A stretch of 60,346 bases of DNA from a bacterium. GTDB lineage: Bacteria > Cyanobacteriota > Vampirovibrionia > LMEP-6097. Position 1 is the first letter of the stretch, and each line of letters opens with the position of its first letter. Below, piece after piece: positions 10,801 to 19,332 of this stretch. Where the stretch lies: assembly GCA_046080385.1 (NCBI GenBank), contig JBJTTW010000066.1:1-60346 (forward strand), read 5' to 3'. A program made the position numbers and the translations under genes. The notes below the pieces were generated by a model. That model was not told where the DNA came from. It ran no database searches and saw only the letters and a list, made by a program, of their open reading frames with translations.

Positions 10801-11712
10801 AATAGATTCACTTACATTTAAATCAGCGAGGATTTGAGTTTTTTTAAAACCACTAAAATTCTCTATATCTTGTTGTAGATTTATTCTTAGCTGGTCTTTA
10901 ATGCGATTAATTTTAATATCGCCATCTAAAATGGCTTTTGCTGCGGAATATTTATTAATAGCCTCTCGTATTTTCTGAAATTCTTCATAGGAAAGAATAG
11001 TCGCTAAGAAAAACTCTAAATGACTGATCGGCAAATGATGTAATTCTGTATTTAAAAAGAAATCGGGGTCTTTATGAAAATCCTTAGAGAAGTTTAAAAG
11101 CCCATTTACGCTTAAAGAGGTTCCTGTTTTATTGAGCTGCTGAGAGCTTGGACTCAGTTCTACAAGAAAACGTTTATGCTTTTTTTCTTTCTTCCAGTTC
11201 AGGGTAAGGTTTTCATAAAGCACTTGATGATTCTGAATTTCATCTATAACTCTAATATTTATGTTATCGATTTTCAGTAAGTCTATTTCAGGCATTTTGC
11301 CTTTTTTCTCTTTCGCCTTAAAAATCTTATAGATATTCCATTCGCCTTTTTTATCTTTAATAACTCGTAGTTCTAATAAATCAGTGCTTAAGGAATTAAA
11401 TTTCACTTTAAATCTAAGTAAATTAGGCGTAGATAAAACGGCATTTAATTTATTCAGGCTAAGAACTTCTGTGCGAGACTTATCTGAGATTTTTAAGCCT
11501 GTAACTGCGATATTAAGCGAGCTTGGCTTAAGTTCTAAACGAAGATCCTTAGCACTAATCTTTCCATCTAGCCTTTTATTAATCTCCTGGAGTAGAATTT
11601 TTTTAGCTTGTTTAGAAATATCATTATTCTGCGCATAAATAAATACTGAAATCCCGCCCACGACACTAATCGCAGCGAAAACGAGCAGAAAATTCAGGAG
11701 GTTTTTCATCAA
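7882..11712 (-). CDS. Large AsmA-like / YhdP-like envelope protein (N-terminal TM anchor, 1276 aa)
   Basis: Single N-terminal TM (LLNFLLVFAAISVVGGISVFIYA). Long beta-rich repetitive body and a size typical of YhdP/TamB-type AsmA-family proteins. The call rests on architecture only. Confidence 0.5.
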   Translation of the reverse strand: MMKNLLNFLLVFAAISVVGGISVFIYAQNNDISKQAKKILLQEINKRLDGKISAKDLRLELKPSSLNIAVTGLKISDKSRTEVLSLNKLNAVLSTPNLLRFKVKFNSLSTDLLELRVIKDKKGEWNIYKIFKAKEKKGKMPEIDLLKIDNINIRVIDEIQNHQVLYENLTLNWKKEKKHKRFLVELSPSSQQLNKTGTSLSVNGLLNFSKDFHKDPDFFLNTELHHLPISHLEFFLATILSYEEFQKIREAINKYSAAKAILDGDIKINRIKDQLRINLQQDIENFSGFKKTQILADLNVSESIHINKLETSFDQEFFAITGDLKKWQSKNPDIDIKVKLTNNDLLNLVQNHFTFIDNENLKTILSKIKIINYNDLFNGEVSYSSDIKQRTLKLKLNLKQRINKTFEVLDKLLTADLSFKGENFKILNLSIPFNESALNVTGKINTKTKKFDIKIFTKDFAIEKFKKIFHGFNFFKEYQNYLSNSTLKGFAFIDLQITDSFLKGTAKITDGRFRKQDYPLSVNQLNADLQIDNNDLKIKQLNGFINGSFFSSNGEIEFPAAPAKPKIKLDFIAQKLDLSGILESGALDSFQFKKILPDSLYGELANIKLKITTPNHGDYNMEGRFDIKDLNFQINEDTPIISDVNGEVILSKTLISSKNLSAHINGAEIKGMGAMDTSGHIQSIELLATNLLAKDLYYLSLFNVPKIKDFVIDPNGLLDIVLKYNPLGLEVDSTFKNVSLTSVHEKFSEPVRNLNGKLSFRNNKFTFEDLSLSSGASSGIFNGDIQNIGKESFEPLFNLLFKGKLHSSLLNKYSPPAIKTSLNYEGLVRSELALNGGPAKQVLDVKVFLDELKYCKFSTWLDLDKKILTKIKTKITITPSLISSNDAKVVFKQGVNKAKLFGRFQVRDYRNREKLNYEILVESPPETETVKNNLNLYSPHIATIKPFNLVFNNGNFLCDTYGSYLDRLSVCKFTLGPATAKQFGIGDLFSKSSKIEFISVVNKPAEMQMRMTAGDWNGLPYSDLSFHLAVDEQFSRVRNLKARIKEGFVESSIDFNYLNFDSVFKINGNKLPAHEIAESIWKLGSEIPSGLLDINFTGKTKGLLPDEVFFNLEGKADLIIKNGKLSQLSLMQRILSAINAVKSLDMNNIVHTLITFEGGRFDHLISSLSYNRGKVSTEKFLLKAPQIEILAKGYVDYNKDKDFQDVRGQGVIPKYSKSFLQKVGIGEFNLGNLTSVANLNLGLRKSEKRFFKFKAKGKASDPDAIAQSIKESFAWL

Positions 11713-11796
11713 GGAGATTTTTTAAATCAGTTAAAAGACACTTGCTTAAGCTAGCTTATCTCTATAGTTATTTTAGCTGTAATATGCAGTTTATCG

Positions 11797-12190
11797 TTAA
11801 AGCTCATCGCACACACCCCGAAGGAACGTAAAAAAACGATTTTAGAGTATCGTTTTTTTACCAGTGGATTCTCACTGACACCCTACATAAAACAGAGAAG
11901 ATTTAACAGAGAGGGTTTAGGGGAGACGCCAACAAAGAACCTTAAAAGCTCATCGCGCACACCCCGAAGGAACGTAAAAAAACGATTTTAGAGTATCGTT
12001 TTTTTACCAGTGGATTCTCACTGACACCCTACATACAAACAAAAAAGATTTAACAGAGAGGGTTTAGGGGAGACGCCAACAAAGAACCTTAAAAGCTCAT
12101 CGCACACACCCCGAAGGAACGTAAAAAAACGATTTTAGAGTATCGTTTTTTTACCAGTGGATTCTCACTGACACCCTACATAAAACAAAA
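11797..12190. repeat. Tandem repeat, 146-bp unit x ~2.7
   Basis: Units start at ~11797, ~11943 and ~12089 (agctcatcgc at 11801, 11947, 12093). Each holds a 13-bp perfect hairpin gtaaaaaaacgat-N8-atcgtttttttac. On the minus strand each has a cc-UUCG-gg tetraloop motif (ccttcgggg). Confidence 0.9.
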
Positions 12191-12216
12191 GCCTACTGTA
12201 AGTAGGCTTTTGTTTT
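12182..12216. terminator. Bidirectional hairpin terminator downstream of tRNA-Ser
   Basis: aaaacaaaagcctac / gtaggcttttgtttt, a 15-bp stem with 5-nt loop and A/T runs on both sides. Confidence 0.7.
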
Positions 12217-12223
12217 ATTGTAA

Positions 12224-12311
12224 TGGCGGACAGAGAGGGATTCGAACCCTCGGTAGCTTGCGCTACGACGGTTTTCAAGACCGCTCCGATCGACCACTCT
12301 GGCACCTGTCC
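12224..12311 (-). tRNA. tRNA-Ser (anticodon TGA), 88 nt, CCA encoded
   Basis: Minus strand reads GGACAGGTGCCAGAGTGG...GGTCTTGAAAACC...long variable arm...GAGGGTTCGAATCCCTCTCTGTCCGCCA. The cloverleaf folds by hand. Confidence 0.9.
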
Positions 12312-12398
12312 ATTCAACATTTTACACTAAGCCCCTAAGTGAAAATTAAATTTTTTCATAAAGTTTTTGGCACTTTTACTGAATCTTTGGACGCAATT

Positions 12399-13229
12399 CT
12401 ACCTTAATTCCACGGATTCCACTAAATCAATAACCCCAATATTTTTTTTAACCTCTTTCCCGGCCACCATCATAGAGAGGATAACAGGTAATTTGCTGTT
12501 ATCTGGTATTTCATCTAGAGTGATATTAGCAATTATCATCTTTTTATTAATCAAATCCGCTTTCTGATTATTAATTTTTATATTCGTGATATTTTTTTCT
12601 AAATTAAAGCCATAGGTCTCTATATCACCTATGCTAATGAACATTCTCTTGGAATATAATCTAGGATTGGGTCCTAGGATTTTAGCTTTTGTGATCCCAA
12701 AAAAAGGTAATAGATCATCTTCTTTGGTGATCGTTACAACACTGCTAATAAGCTTAGTGTCCAGCTCTTTACCGAAATCAGCTATAAGCTCAGCACTTAA
12801 AACTTTTGCACTTAAGTTTCCAGTATAGTTAAGCCTTTTAAGCTTTCCTTTTATCTCTATAGTTTCTGAGTTACTGTCCCTAATTACAGCAGAGACGCTT
12901 TTAGTGTTCAGAAGATTAGCAGTACTGGTTTTAAATGAAACATTAATAAGTGAACCCTGCGGGTCAACATTTTTAAAGAAAGTCTGCCTGTTGATATTAA
13001 TCTCTTTATCAAGCTCACAGTATTTTTTAGGATCTACAGCAAGTTTAATGCTTAATGCTGAGAGGTTATCTAAATTGGGCCCAGTGATTTTTATAATAAA
13101 ATCATCTGCCTGTAAGGTATTTAGAGAGCTTATGGCAAAGGCGAAACAGAAAAGGATTGTCAGGAAGATTCTTTTTTTACTATTAAACAGTTGCCTAGTC
13201 TTGAACTTTAGGTCTGATAATATTCTCAC
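12399..13229 (-). CDS. Hypothetical secreted protein (signal peptide), co-transcribed with lpxC
   Basis: Long ORF with 4-nt overlap with lpxC. N-terminal hydrophobic segment IFLTILFCFAFAISSLNTLQA. No recognisable family. Confidence 0.55.
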   Translation of the reverse strand: MRILSDLKFKTRQLFNSKKRIFLTILFCFAFAISSLNTLQADDFIIKITGPNLDNLSALSIKLAVDPKKYCELDKEININRQTFFKNVDPQGSLINVSFKTSTANLLNTKSVSAVIRDSNSETIEIKGKLKRLNYTGNLSAKVLSAELIADFGKELDTKLISSVVTITKEDDLLPFFGITKAKILGPNPRLYSKRMFISIGDIETYGFNLEKNITNIKINNQKADLINKKMIIANITLDEIPDNSKLPVILSMMVAGKEVKKNIGVIDLVESVELR

Positions 13230-14092
13230 AGCTTACTTAATTCCCTTGCGAGCAGAGAATTTAGGTAATGCCCGCCCTGATTGCTAATCACTTGCATTTG
13301 AAAATTCAGTGGATTAATTCCTGAAAGATAAAGATCACCGATGAGATCTAAAACCTTATGCCTACTAGGCTCATCAGAAAATCTTAAAGGCATAGTGAAA
13401 TCAGTTTCAGTAATACCTACTATCCAGTCACTTAAGCCGAGCATCTGGTTTTCAGCTTCAGTACTGAAAGTTCTAGCATTAGCGACTTCCTCTATCGCAT
13501 CTTTATCTAAAGTCCAAGCGTAGGACTGTTTCCCTATCTTGGGATGATTCCAGTCCATCTGATAAGTAGCACTAAAATTAGTATCTGTAGGAATAGCTTT
13601 AATATATTTATGTGCTTGATTAGGATCTTCGATGTAAATTTCTTCTTTAAGCTTGATCTGCGATTTTTTTAAAGTCTGAACTAAATTATATTTTTTAAAA
13701 AGCTCTAACCATAAATTAGCAGAACCATCCCCGAAAGGCAGCTCTTCATTATCTAGGTAAACATCTATATTATTAAGATTCGCTAAAGCGCAAGCTGCTA
13801 GAAAATGTTCAGTAAGGCAGATGGAATCCGTACCATTGCTTAGAACAGTGTTTCTCTGTGTGCTGGAGATATTATTTATGTGAGCGAGAACAGCGGTATT
13901 TTCCGAAATAGTTATCAACTCTTGATCTGGGATATTTATTAAATCTCTTTGAACAAAAAATCTAATTCCCTTATTATTATTTTTAATAATTTTAGCTTTT
14001 ACATCAGCTCTACTAATAAGTCCTTTCGCAGATATCTCAAGACTTTTAAAAGTCGCATTAGGTAAGCTCATTCTGAAAATTATATACTGCAA
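13226..14092 (-). CDS. lpxC: UDP-3-O-acyl-N-acetylglucosamine deacetylase
   Basis: TEHFLAACALANLNNIDVYLDNEELPFGDGSA, FSDEPSRHKVLDLIGDLYLSG and GGHYLNSLLAREL. Confidence 0.9.
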   Translation of the reverse strand: MQYIIFRMSLPNATFKSLEISAKGLISRADVKAKIIKNNNKGIRFFVQRDLINIPDQELITISENTAVLAHINNISSTQRNTVLSNGTDSICLTEHFLAACALANLNNIDVYLDNEELPFGDGSANLWLELFKKYNLVQTLKKSQIKLKEEIYIEDPNQAHKYIKAIPTDTNFSATYQMDWNHPKIGKQSYAWTLDKDAIEEVANARTFSTEAENQMLGLSDWIVGITETDFTMPLRFSDEPSRHKVLDLIGDLYLSGINPLNFQMQVISNQGGHYLNSLLARELSKL

Positions 14093-14166
14093 AGAAAAAA
14101 TTATTCTTTTTTCTGAAATCTGATAAGTTCATAATATCTTAAAAGTGTTAAAATCTTAGTTCGCGT

Positions 14167-14243
14167 GGCTGGGTAGCTCAGTTGGCTAGAGCAGAGGATT
14201 CATACCCCTCAGGTCGGCGGTTCGATTCCGCCCCCAGCTACCA
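14167..14243 (+). tRNA. tRNA with CAT anticodon (elongator Met or lysidine-modified Ile2), 77 nt, CCA encoded
   Basis: GGCTGGGTAGCTCAGTTGGCTAGAGC...loop TTCATAC...GGCGGTTCGATTCCGCCCCCAGCTACCA. Confidence 0.85.
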
Positions 14244-14259
14244 CTTATTAAAAAAATTT

Positions 14260-16209
14260 ATGACCAAAACCATAGCCTCTTTTGGAAAAATATTTTTAAT
14301 CTGCCTATTAGTTTTCACTTTAATCCTAACTGGCGTTTATGCTTTTTTTGAGTTTTATTTTAAAAATAACTGGGCGAAAATTGTTAAAGAGCAGATAGTT
14401 AAGAACACTGGGCTGAGTGTCGAGTTCAACCAAGTGAGATTCAGTTTTCTGAGTTTTATTAAGCTCAACCCTAGTCTAGTAATAGAAGATATTAAAGTCG
14501 GTGAGGCTTTAACTGTAGATAAATTTTATATAGAAGCGAAGTTAAAATCTTTACTGAAAAGAAAGCTCTTAGTGGAGGCACTTTTAGTCGAATCACCAGT
14601 GTTTACTTTAGTCGAGAATGAGAAAAGAGAAGTTTCTTTAAAGGGTTTAGATTTCACTAAATTACAGGAGTTACTAAAACCTAGTGAGGATGATCTAATG
14701 CGCGAAGAGATGAACACTAGAGATAAAGGTCTTAAGAGTCTTAGCTTAGATTTACTAAAAATTAAAAACGCAAATATCCTTTTTGAGCCATATAAAGGAG
14801 CTCCCCTTAGATTCAGAAATTTAAATTTAGATATAAAGGATATTTATGTCAGTGATAAACCAAGAGAGAAGCTATCTGAGATAGATTTTCATACGAATTT
14901 CTTTGATAAAGGTGATTCTAAGCTGAGTTTTAAAGGTTCACTAAAGACTATTCCTTTGGATTTAAGTAGCATTCCAGTAAAAGGATCTTTAAAAGCACAG
15001 ATTAATCTTAAAGACTTGCCTAAAGCTATGCTGGATACTTCTGCTAAGCTGCTTGCTTTTAACGGTTCGCAGAAGCATGTAGATCTTAATGCTAGTTTAC
15101 GCGGTGATATTTTAAAAACTCTGTATGGCTCTGGTACTCTTACTTTAAATGATTTTAGAATAGGTGCGGCTGAAAGAAACCTTTTAAAGATAAGCTCTAT
15201 ATTAAATTTAAATACGGCTATGAGTTTAATAAAAAATCCTAATCTACAGTTTAATGTCAGTAAGGGTTCTATGAAGATAGAGAGTGTAGATAAAAATAAA
15301 AATGCTACGGGGAATTTAAATTTCACTTTAAATACTAATGTAGATTTAATTAGCTTTGCTATGCAAGTCAGTTCTACTGGAGCTTTGAGTGGTCTTAGAA
15401 TTCATGAAGTTTTACATGCTTTTGATCCGAATTTTAAAGCACCTATTGAAGGAACTTTCCAGATACCTCAGTATAGGCTTAGTTTTAGTGGTAAGACTCC
15501 AGAGCAACAGTCTAGGAGCCTTATAGCTAACGGTAATTTTAAATTTACTGATATTAATATTCCGATGATATTAGATCTGAAAAAGAAAAAAGATAAATAT
15601 ATTAAATTCTTACCTATAGACACTACTGGTATAGATAAAGCTTTAGAAAGGAATTTCCTTGCAGCTAGCTCTGATTTCTCCGTTGCGAGCAAGCTTATGC
15701 AGATGAATAATCTTGTAGCTGAAAGTAAATATGCGACTTTAAAAGGTAGTGGTAGCTCAAGTTTTAAAGGTCTTTTAAATTTTGATTTAAATTTAACTGT
15801 GCCAGAAAGGCTTATGATGGCATTTAATGTTCATGGCGAATCTAAAAAACCTAAAGTGAAAATAAAAGATTTTCAACTGATCGGAAATCAGCCTTTAGCA
15901 TTACCGAAGGATTTAGGACTAAAAATTACTCGTGAGCCTGTAGCTAAGGCAGTTACGGAGAGAGTAGATAAAGCTGTTAATAAAGTAAATACCAAGCTTG
16001 ACTCTATTCCTCTTACGGATGAGACTAAAGCTAAGGCGAAAAAGAGTATTAATAAGCTTTTAGATTTAGGAGCTAAATATGGGGTTTACACTAAGCCAGC
16101 CCAGGATCCAGTTCCTGCACCTGCGCCAGTTTCTATGCCTAGTACTCCTGTAACCGATACCAGTTTGAGTAGTACTGCTGTGCCAGCGGAGATACTAGTT
16201 ACTCCTTGA
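14260..16209 (+). CDS. AsmA-family envelope protein (N-terminal TM, C-terminal Pro-rich tail)
   Basis: Start moved to ATG 14260 (MTKTIASFGKIFLICLLVFTLILTGVYAF) because the ORF-track start at 14182 lies inside the tRNA. The N-terminal region is AsmA-like. Confidence 0.5.
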   Translation: MTKTIASFGKIFLICLLVFTLILTGVYAFFEFYFKNNWAKIVKEQIVKNTGLSVEFNQVRFSFLSFIKLNPSLVIEDIKVGEALTVDKFYIEAKLKSLLKRKLLVEALLVESPVFTLVENEKREVSLKGLDFTKLQELLKPSEDDLMREEMNTRDKGLKSLSLDLLKIKNANILFEPYKGAPLRFRNLNLDIKDIYVSDKPREKLSEIDFHTNFFDKGDSKLSFKGSLKTIPLDLSSIPVKGSLKAQINLKDLPKAMLDTSAKLLAFNGSQKHVDLNASLRGDILKTLYGSGTLTLNDFRIGAAERNLLKISSILNLNTAMSLIKNPNLQFNVSKGSMKIESVDKNKNATGNLNFTLNTNVDLISFAMQVSSTGALSGLRIHEVLHAFDPNFKAPIEGTFQIPQYRLSFSGKTPEQQSRSLIANGNFKFTDINIPMILDLKKKKDKYIKFLPIDTTGIDKALERNFLAASSDFSVASKLMQMNNLVAESKYATLKGSGSSSFKGLLNFDLNLTVPERLMMAFNVHGESKKPKVKIKDFQLIGNQPLALPKDLGLKITREPVAKAVTERVDKAVNKVNTKLDSIPLTDETKAKAKKSINKLLDLGAKYGVYTKPAQDPVPAPAPVSMPSTPVTDTSLSSTAVPAEILVTP

Positions 16210-16654
16210 ATTCATTCGTTCGGCTACACGCCCTGCTCGAATGCTGACTAAAATACTGCTCAAGAATAATAGCAGCAGCATGCATATCTATAAGTCCTTT
16301 ATTTTTTTCAGTAAGATGAACACCCATATCTAAAAGCCTTTCTTTAGCTGCACTACTAGTCAGTATTTCATCTTCAAAGCATATATCTAAATTAGAAAAC
16401 CTTTCCCGAATCAGCTCTGTAAAGCTTTCTACTTTAAGAGTCTGCTCGCTCTTATTTCCGTCTCTGTGTTTAGGAAGACCGATTACTAGTTTAATAACTT
16501 CATATTCTTTCATCAATGACTCAAGGGTTTTTATAAGTTCAGCTTTAAGAACGGTTTTATAAGGTCTGATGCCTAACCCAAGAATGTCACTAGTGGCTAT
16601 GCCTACACGTTTTTCACCTATGTCTAAAGCTACGATTTGTTCCATGTTTTTCAA
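16199..16654 (-). CDS. ruvX: Holliday-junction resolvase-like nuclease YqgF/RuvX with a repeat-derived C-terminal tail
   Basis: IVALDIGEKRVGIATSD, ...EDEILTSSAAKE... and AAAIILEQYF. The last ~14 aa (SSRACSRTNEFKE) are encoded by a family-1 repeat fragment. Confidence 0.9.
   Translation of the reverse strand: MKNMEQIVALDIGEKRVGIATSDILGLGIRPYKTVLKAELIKTLESLMKEYEVIKLVIGLPKHRDGNKSEQTLKVESFTELIRERFSNLDICFEDEILTSSAAKERLLDMGVHLTEKNKGLIDMHAAAIILEQYFSQHSSRACSRTNEFKE
16205..16232 (-). repeat. Family-1 (NAEIG element) right-end fragment
   Basis: cttgaattcattcgttcggctacacgcc matches gaacttgttcgttcggctatacgcc (46897-46922) and the ArgJ copies. Confidence 0.7.
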
Positions 16655-16682
16655 TTCTATTTTAAAAATCGCTGCACTTTGC

Positions 16683-17549
16683 CTATAAGTCTCTTTTATT
16701 AAAGCTTTGAAAATGAAATAATAGCACCGTGCTTGCAGCTAGAACGTTTAAGCTCTCCACTTTAGAACTAATCGGAATACTAAGGGTTATGTCACAAGCA
16801 GAGAAAGCTTTTTCGCTTAGACCTTTTCCTTCATTCCCCATCATTAAAATTATTTTTTCATGGCTTTCAGGTTTAAAATCATAATATGCATGTTTGGCTC
16901 TAGGAGAGGTCGCAACTAAAGTTATTTTTTCTTGACTGTCGAAATTCATTTTTAATTTTAAAAATTCTTCTAAATTTATCTCATGGAATTTTACATGAAA
17001 CACAGCTCCAGCACTAGCTCTAATTAATTTAGGATTATAAATATCCACGCAGTTATCTAAGAAAATATTCTCACAGCCACTTGCTAGGGCAGTTCTAATA
17101 ATGCCACCTAAATTACCAGGGTCTTGAAGGTTTTCGCAATATAGGCTAACTTTCTCCAAATTAGGTAGGTGATTACTTAAAGGAAAATCAGTTTCCATTT
17201 TGTTAATAGAAGACTGTTGCTGAAATGATTTTTTAGAAAATATAGCTAGTGATTCTTGCGGTGTTTCAGTGCTGGCTATCTTTTTCATCAGCCCCTCTGG
17301 AATTGAAAATATTTTCTTGGTCTTACTCGCAGCAGTTTTTTGAAAAGTTTCTTCTAGCTCAATACTATTCTGTGATTCTTCTTCAAGGATATAAAGATAC
17401 TTAAGGTTCAAATCAGCTGCCATAGCCTCATTTATTAGTTTAAAACCTTCGACTATAAACAGATTTTCCTTGTCTCGATTCTTCTTCTCCAAGAGAGACT
17501 TAGCGAGTTTAATAAACTGATTAGTGTCACTGTTTAATTTAGCGGGCAT
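16683..17549 (-). CDS. TrmH/SpoU-family RNA 2'-O-methyltransferase (RlmB-like)
   Basis: PGNLGGIIRTALASG, MGNEGKGLS and ESLNVLAASTVLLFH. Confidence 0.9.
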   Translation of the reverse strand: MPAKLNSDTNQFIKLAKSLLEKKNRDKENLFIVEGFKLINEAMAADLNLKYLYILEEESQNSIELEETFQKTAASKTKKIFSIPEGLMKKIASTETPQESLAIFSKKSFQQQSSINKMETDFPLSNHLPNLEKVSLYCENLQDPGNLGGIIRTALASGCENIFLDNCVDIYNPKLIRASAGAVFHVKFHEINLEEFLKLKMNFDSQEKITLVATSPRAKHAYYDFKPESHEKIILMMGNEGKGLSEKAFSACDITLSIPISSKVESLNVLAASTVLLFHFQSFNKRDL

Positions 17550-17551
17550 CA

Positions 17552-17592
17552 GTCCTCCTCAGCGTTGAACTTGTTGGTTCAGCTACACGCCC
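17552..17592 (-). repeat. Family-1 right-end fragment filling the whole intergenic gap and supplying the SD
   Basis: gtcctcctcagcgttgaacttgttggttcagctacacgccc. The minus strand reads ...gctGAGGAGGactgATG for the TrmH-family gene. Confidence 0.75.
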
Positions 17593-17961
17593 TTAGTAAA
17601 CAAAACCTTCGTCAACTTCAGGATGAGGGGTTACATTATTTAAATTACAGTGGCGAATATAGTCACCAGCGACTTTATCGTAATTTTTTTTATAAGACTT
17701 AGAGTCAGCCATGCTGTCTAAATAGTTTTTAATATGCTCAGGTACAGTCTTTTTAAAGGAAGAGCCAGATTTGAGATACAGGCTTTTGAGTGCAAGTCTC
17801 AGGTTCTCTTTAGTACCCCTGAACATTACAGAAACTTTATCACCAATAAATCTTAGGCTTAGTAGGGTTACACTATAGTTTGCTAAAAAACGTTCTAATT
17901 GGTCTAGGGAAAAATTAGATATACAATCCCTTTCCAATTCAGCACTTGCATTAACTTTCAT
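17593..17961 (-). CDS. Hypothetical protein (122 aa)
   Basis: ORF in an operon-like array. No recognisable motif. Confidence 0.45.
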   Translation of the reverse strand: MKVNASAELERDCISNFSLDQLERFLANYSVTLLSLRFIGDKVSVMFRGTKENLRLALKSLYLKSGSSFKKTVPEHIKNYLDSMADSKSYKKNYDKVAGDYIRHCNLNNVTPHPEVDEGFVY

Positions 17962-18028
17962 TCTATTTATATTTTATAGCAAAATTCTGAATTTGTAGCT
18001 TAGATAAATTTTAGAAAAAAAAGTTAAA

Positions 18029-19267
18029 TTATGCTGCTAGAGCTATTGACAAAGCTGTATAAAAGCCGAGAATCTGATCGTGAGTGTGTTTACTACTGAT
18101 GCATATTCTCAATCGGGCGATTTTTACAGTCGGTGGTCTGATGCTTGTGCAGATAAAACCTTTTTCTAGAAGCTTGTTACTAACAGTAAGGCACTTATCT
18201 ATTTCTTGAAATTGTATAGTGAATATTGGGCTGCCGAAATTTGTCCAGAAGAATTTGTTTTCACTATTTAGGTCATTTTTGGCTTTAAGATTACTGAGTA
18301 GCGAATCTAAGTATGTAATATTACTGAAAAGCTTTTGGCGAAGATCATTTCCATGAATGATCTTTTTGATATTATGCTGAGCGATTTTCATTAATAAAGG
18401 AGAACTCGCTGTGGAATAGACGTAAGTTCGTGCTTTATTGCGCAAGAAGTCAATTAGTGAAGATGATCCAGAGATATAACCGCCTTCAAGACCAATCGCT
18501 TTAGACAGTGTCCCCATTTGAATAAGGTTGCTGAAATCTTCTTGGGGATTCTTTTCTTTATATTCATTGATAAGACCTGCTCCAGATTGTCCATATATGC
18601 CAGTGCTGTGAGCTTCATCTATATATATAAATGATGAATATTCGTCAGCGATGGATTTTAAATCAGCCAAGGGGGCAAGGTCACCATCCATGCTAAATAC
18701 GGACTCTGTGATGATAAAAGAATTGGTATATTTATAACGATATTTTTGGATGAGTCTCCTCAATTCCTGAGCGTCATTATGTGCAAAAATATATTTTCTT
18801 GCATTGTTAATCCTGAGAGCATCCCACATACAGGAGTGTGCAAGTTCATCAATGAAGACAACATCCTCTTTATCTATTAATGCGGATAAAGCGCCAAGAT
18901 TTGCTAAATAACCACTACTGAAAATGATAGTATCTTCAGAGCTTTTCCAGTTTGAGATACAGTCCTCAAGCTCTTTATGCTCTAGGTGCGTGCCAGTTGT
19001 CAACCTTGAACCACCACTGCCAAAAGGTACTTGCATTAATTGGGGGTGTGGCGAAACTCCAATTTCCGTTAAATTATTGACTGAGTAATTTGTAGCATTG
19101 ATATTTAATATTTCCGAAATGAAGCATTCAGCAAGCCCAAGATAGTCATTACTTGAGAAATTTATTAGTTCTTTCTGTCTTGAAAGTCGCTTATTAATTG
19201 AATTTTGATCTCTGTATAAATTTTGTTTTTTAAGATCATTGATTTTGTCTTGAAAAATCCTGTCCAT
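18029..19267 (-). CDS. bioF: PLP-dependent alpha-oxoamine synthase (8-amino-7-oxononanoate synthase-like)
   Basis: FSSNDYLGL, DEAHSTGIYGQSGAG and GTLSKAIG (PLP lysine). The family call is secure. Specificity (BioF, KBL or SPT) is not. Confidence 0.8.
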   Translation of the reverse strand: MDRIFQDKINDLKKQNLYRDQNSINKRLSRQKELINFSSNDYLGLAECFISEILNINATNYSVNNLTEIGVSPHPQLMQVPFGSGGSRLTTGTHLEHKELEDCISNWKSSEDTIIFSSGYLANLGALSALIDKEDVVFIDELAHSCMWDALRINNARKYIFAHNDAQELRRLIQKYRYKYTNSFIITESVFSMDGDLAPLADLKSIADEYSSFIYIDEAHSTGIYGQSGAGLINEYKEKNPQEDFSNLIQMGTLSKAIGLEGGYISGSSSLIDFLRNKARTYVYSTASSPLLMKIAQHNIKKIIHGNDLRQKLFSNITYLDSLLSNLKAKNDLNSENKFFWTNFGSPIFTIQFQEIDKCLTVSNKLLEKGFICTSIRPPTVKIARLRICISSKHTHDQILGFYTALSIALAA

Positions 19268-19332
19268 TATTTAGATAATCTTAATGCCAAAATATCATTT
19301 AATTTGGAAAAAACTTTTTTTATATCCTTTAC

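Noticed and set aside
7706-11638. Short plus-strand ORFs (7706-7915, 8267-8494, 9059-9244, 10316-10567, 11384-11638) and similar antisense ORFs elsewhere in the track
   Set aside because: They are shadow ORFs antisense to long, well-supported genes, with low-complexity translations and no start context.
11797-12190. Possible CRISPR array (regular repeats near a tRNA)
   Set aside because: The 146-bp units are directly contiguous with no unique spacers. They are far longer than CRISPR repeats, and no cas genes are present.
12224-14243. Integrated element at tRNA-Ser or tRNA-Met (genomic island)
   Set aside because: There is no integrase, no duplicated tRNA 3' end, and the flanking genes (lpxC, AsmA-like) are core envelope functions.
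14182-14259. N-terminal 26 codons of ORF 14182-16209
   Set aside because: They overlap tRNA-CAT (14167-14243). The ATG at 14260 gives a sensible TM-anchored N-terminus.
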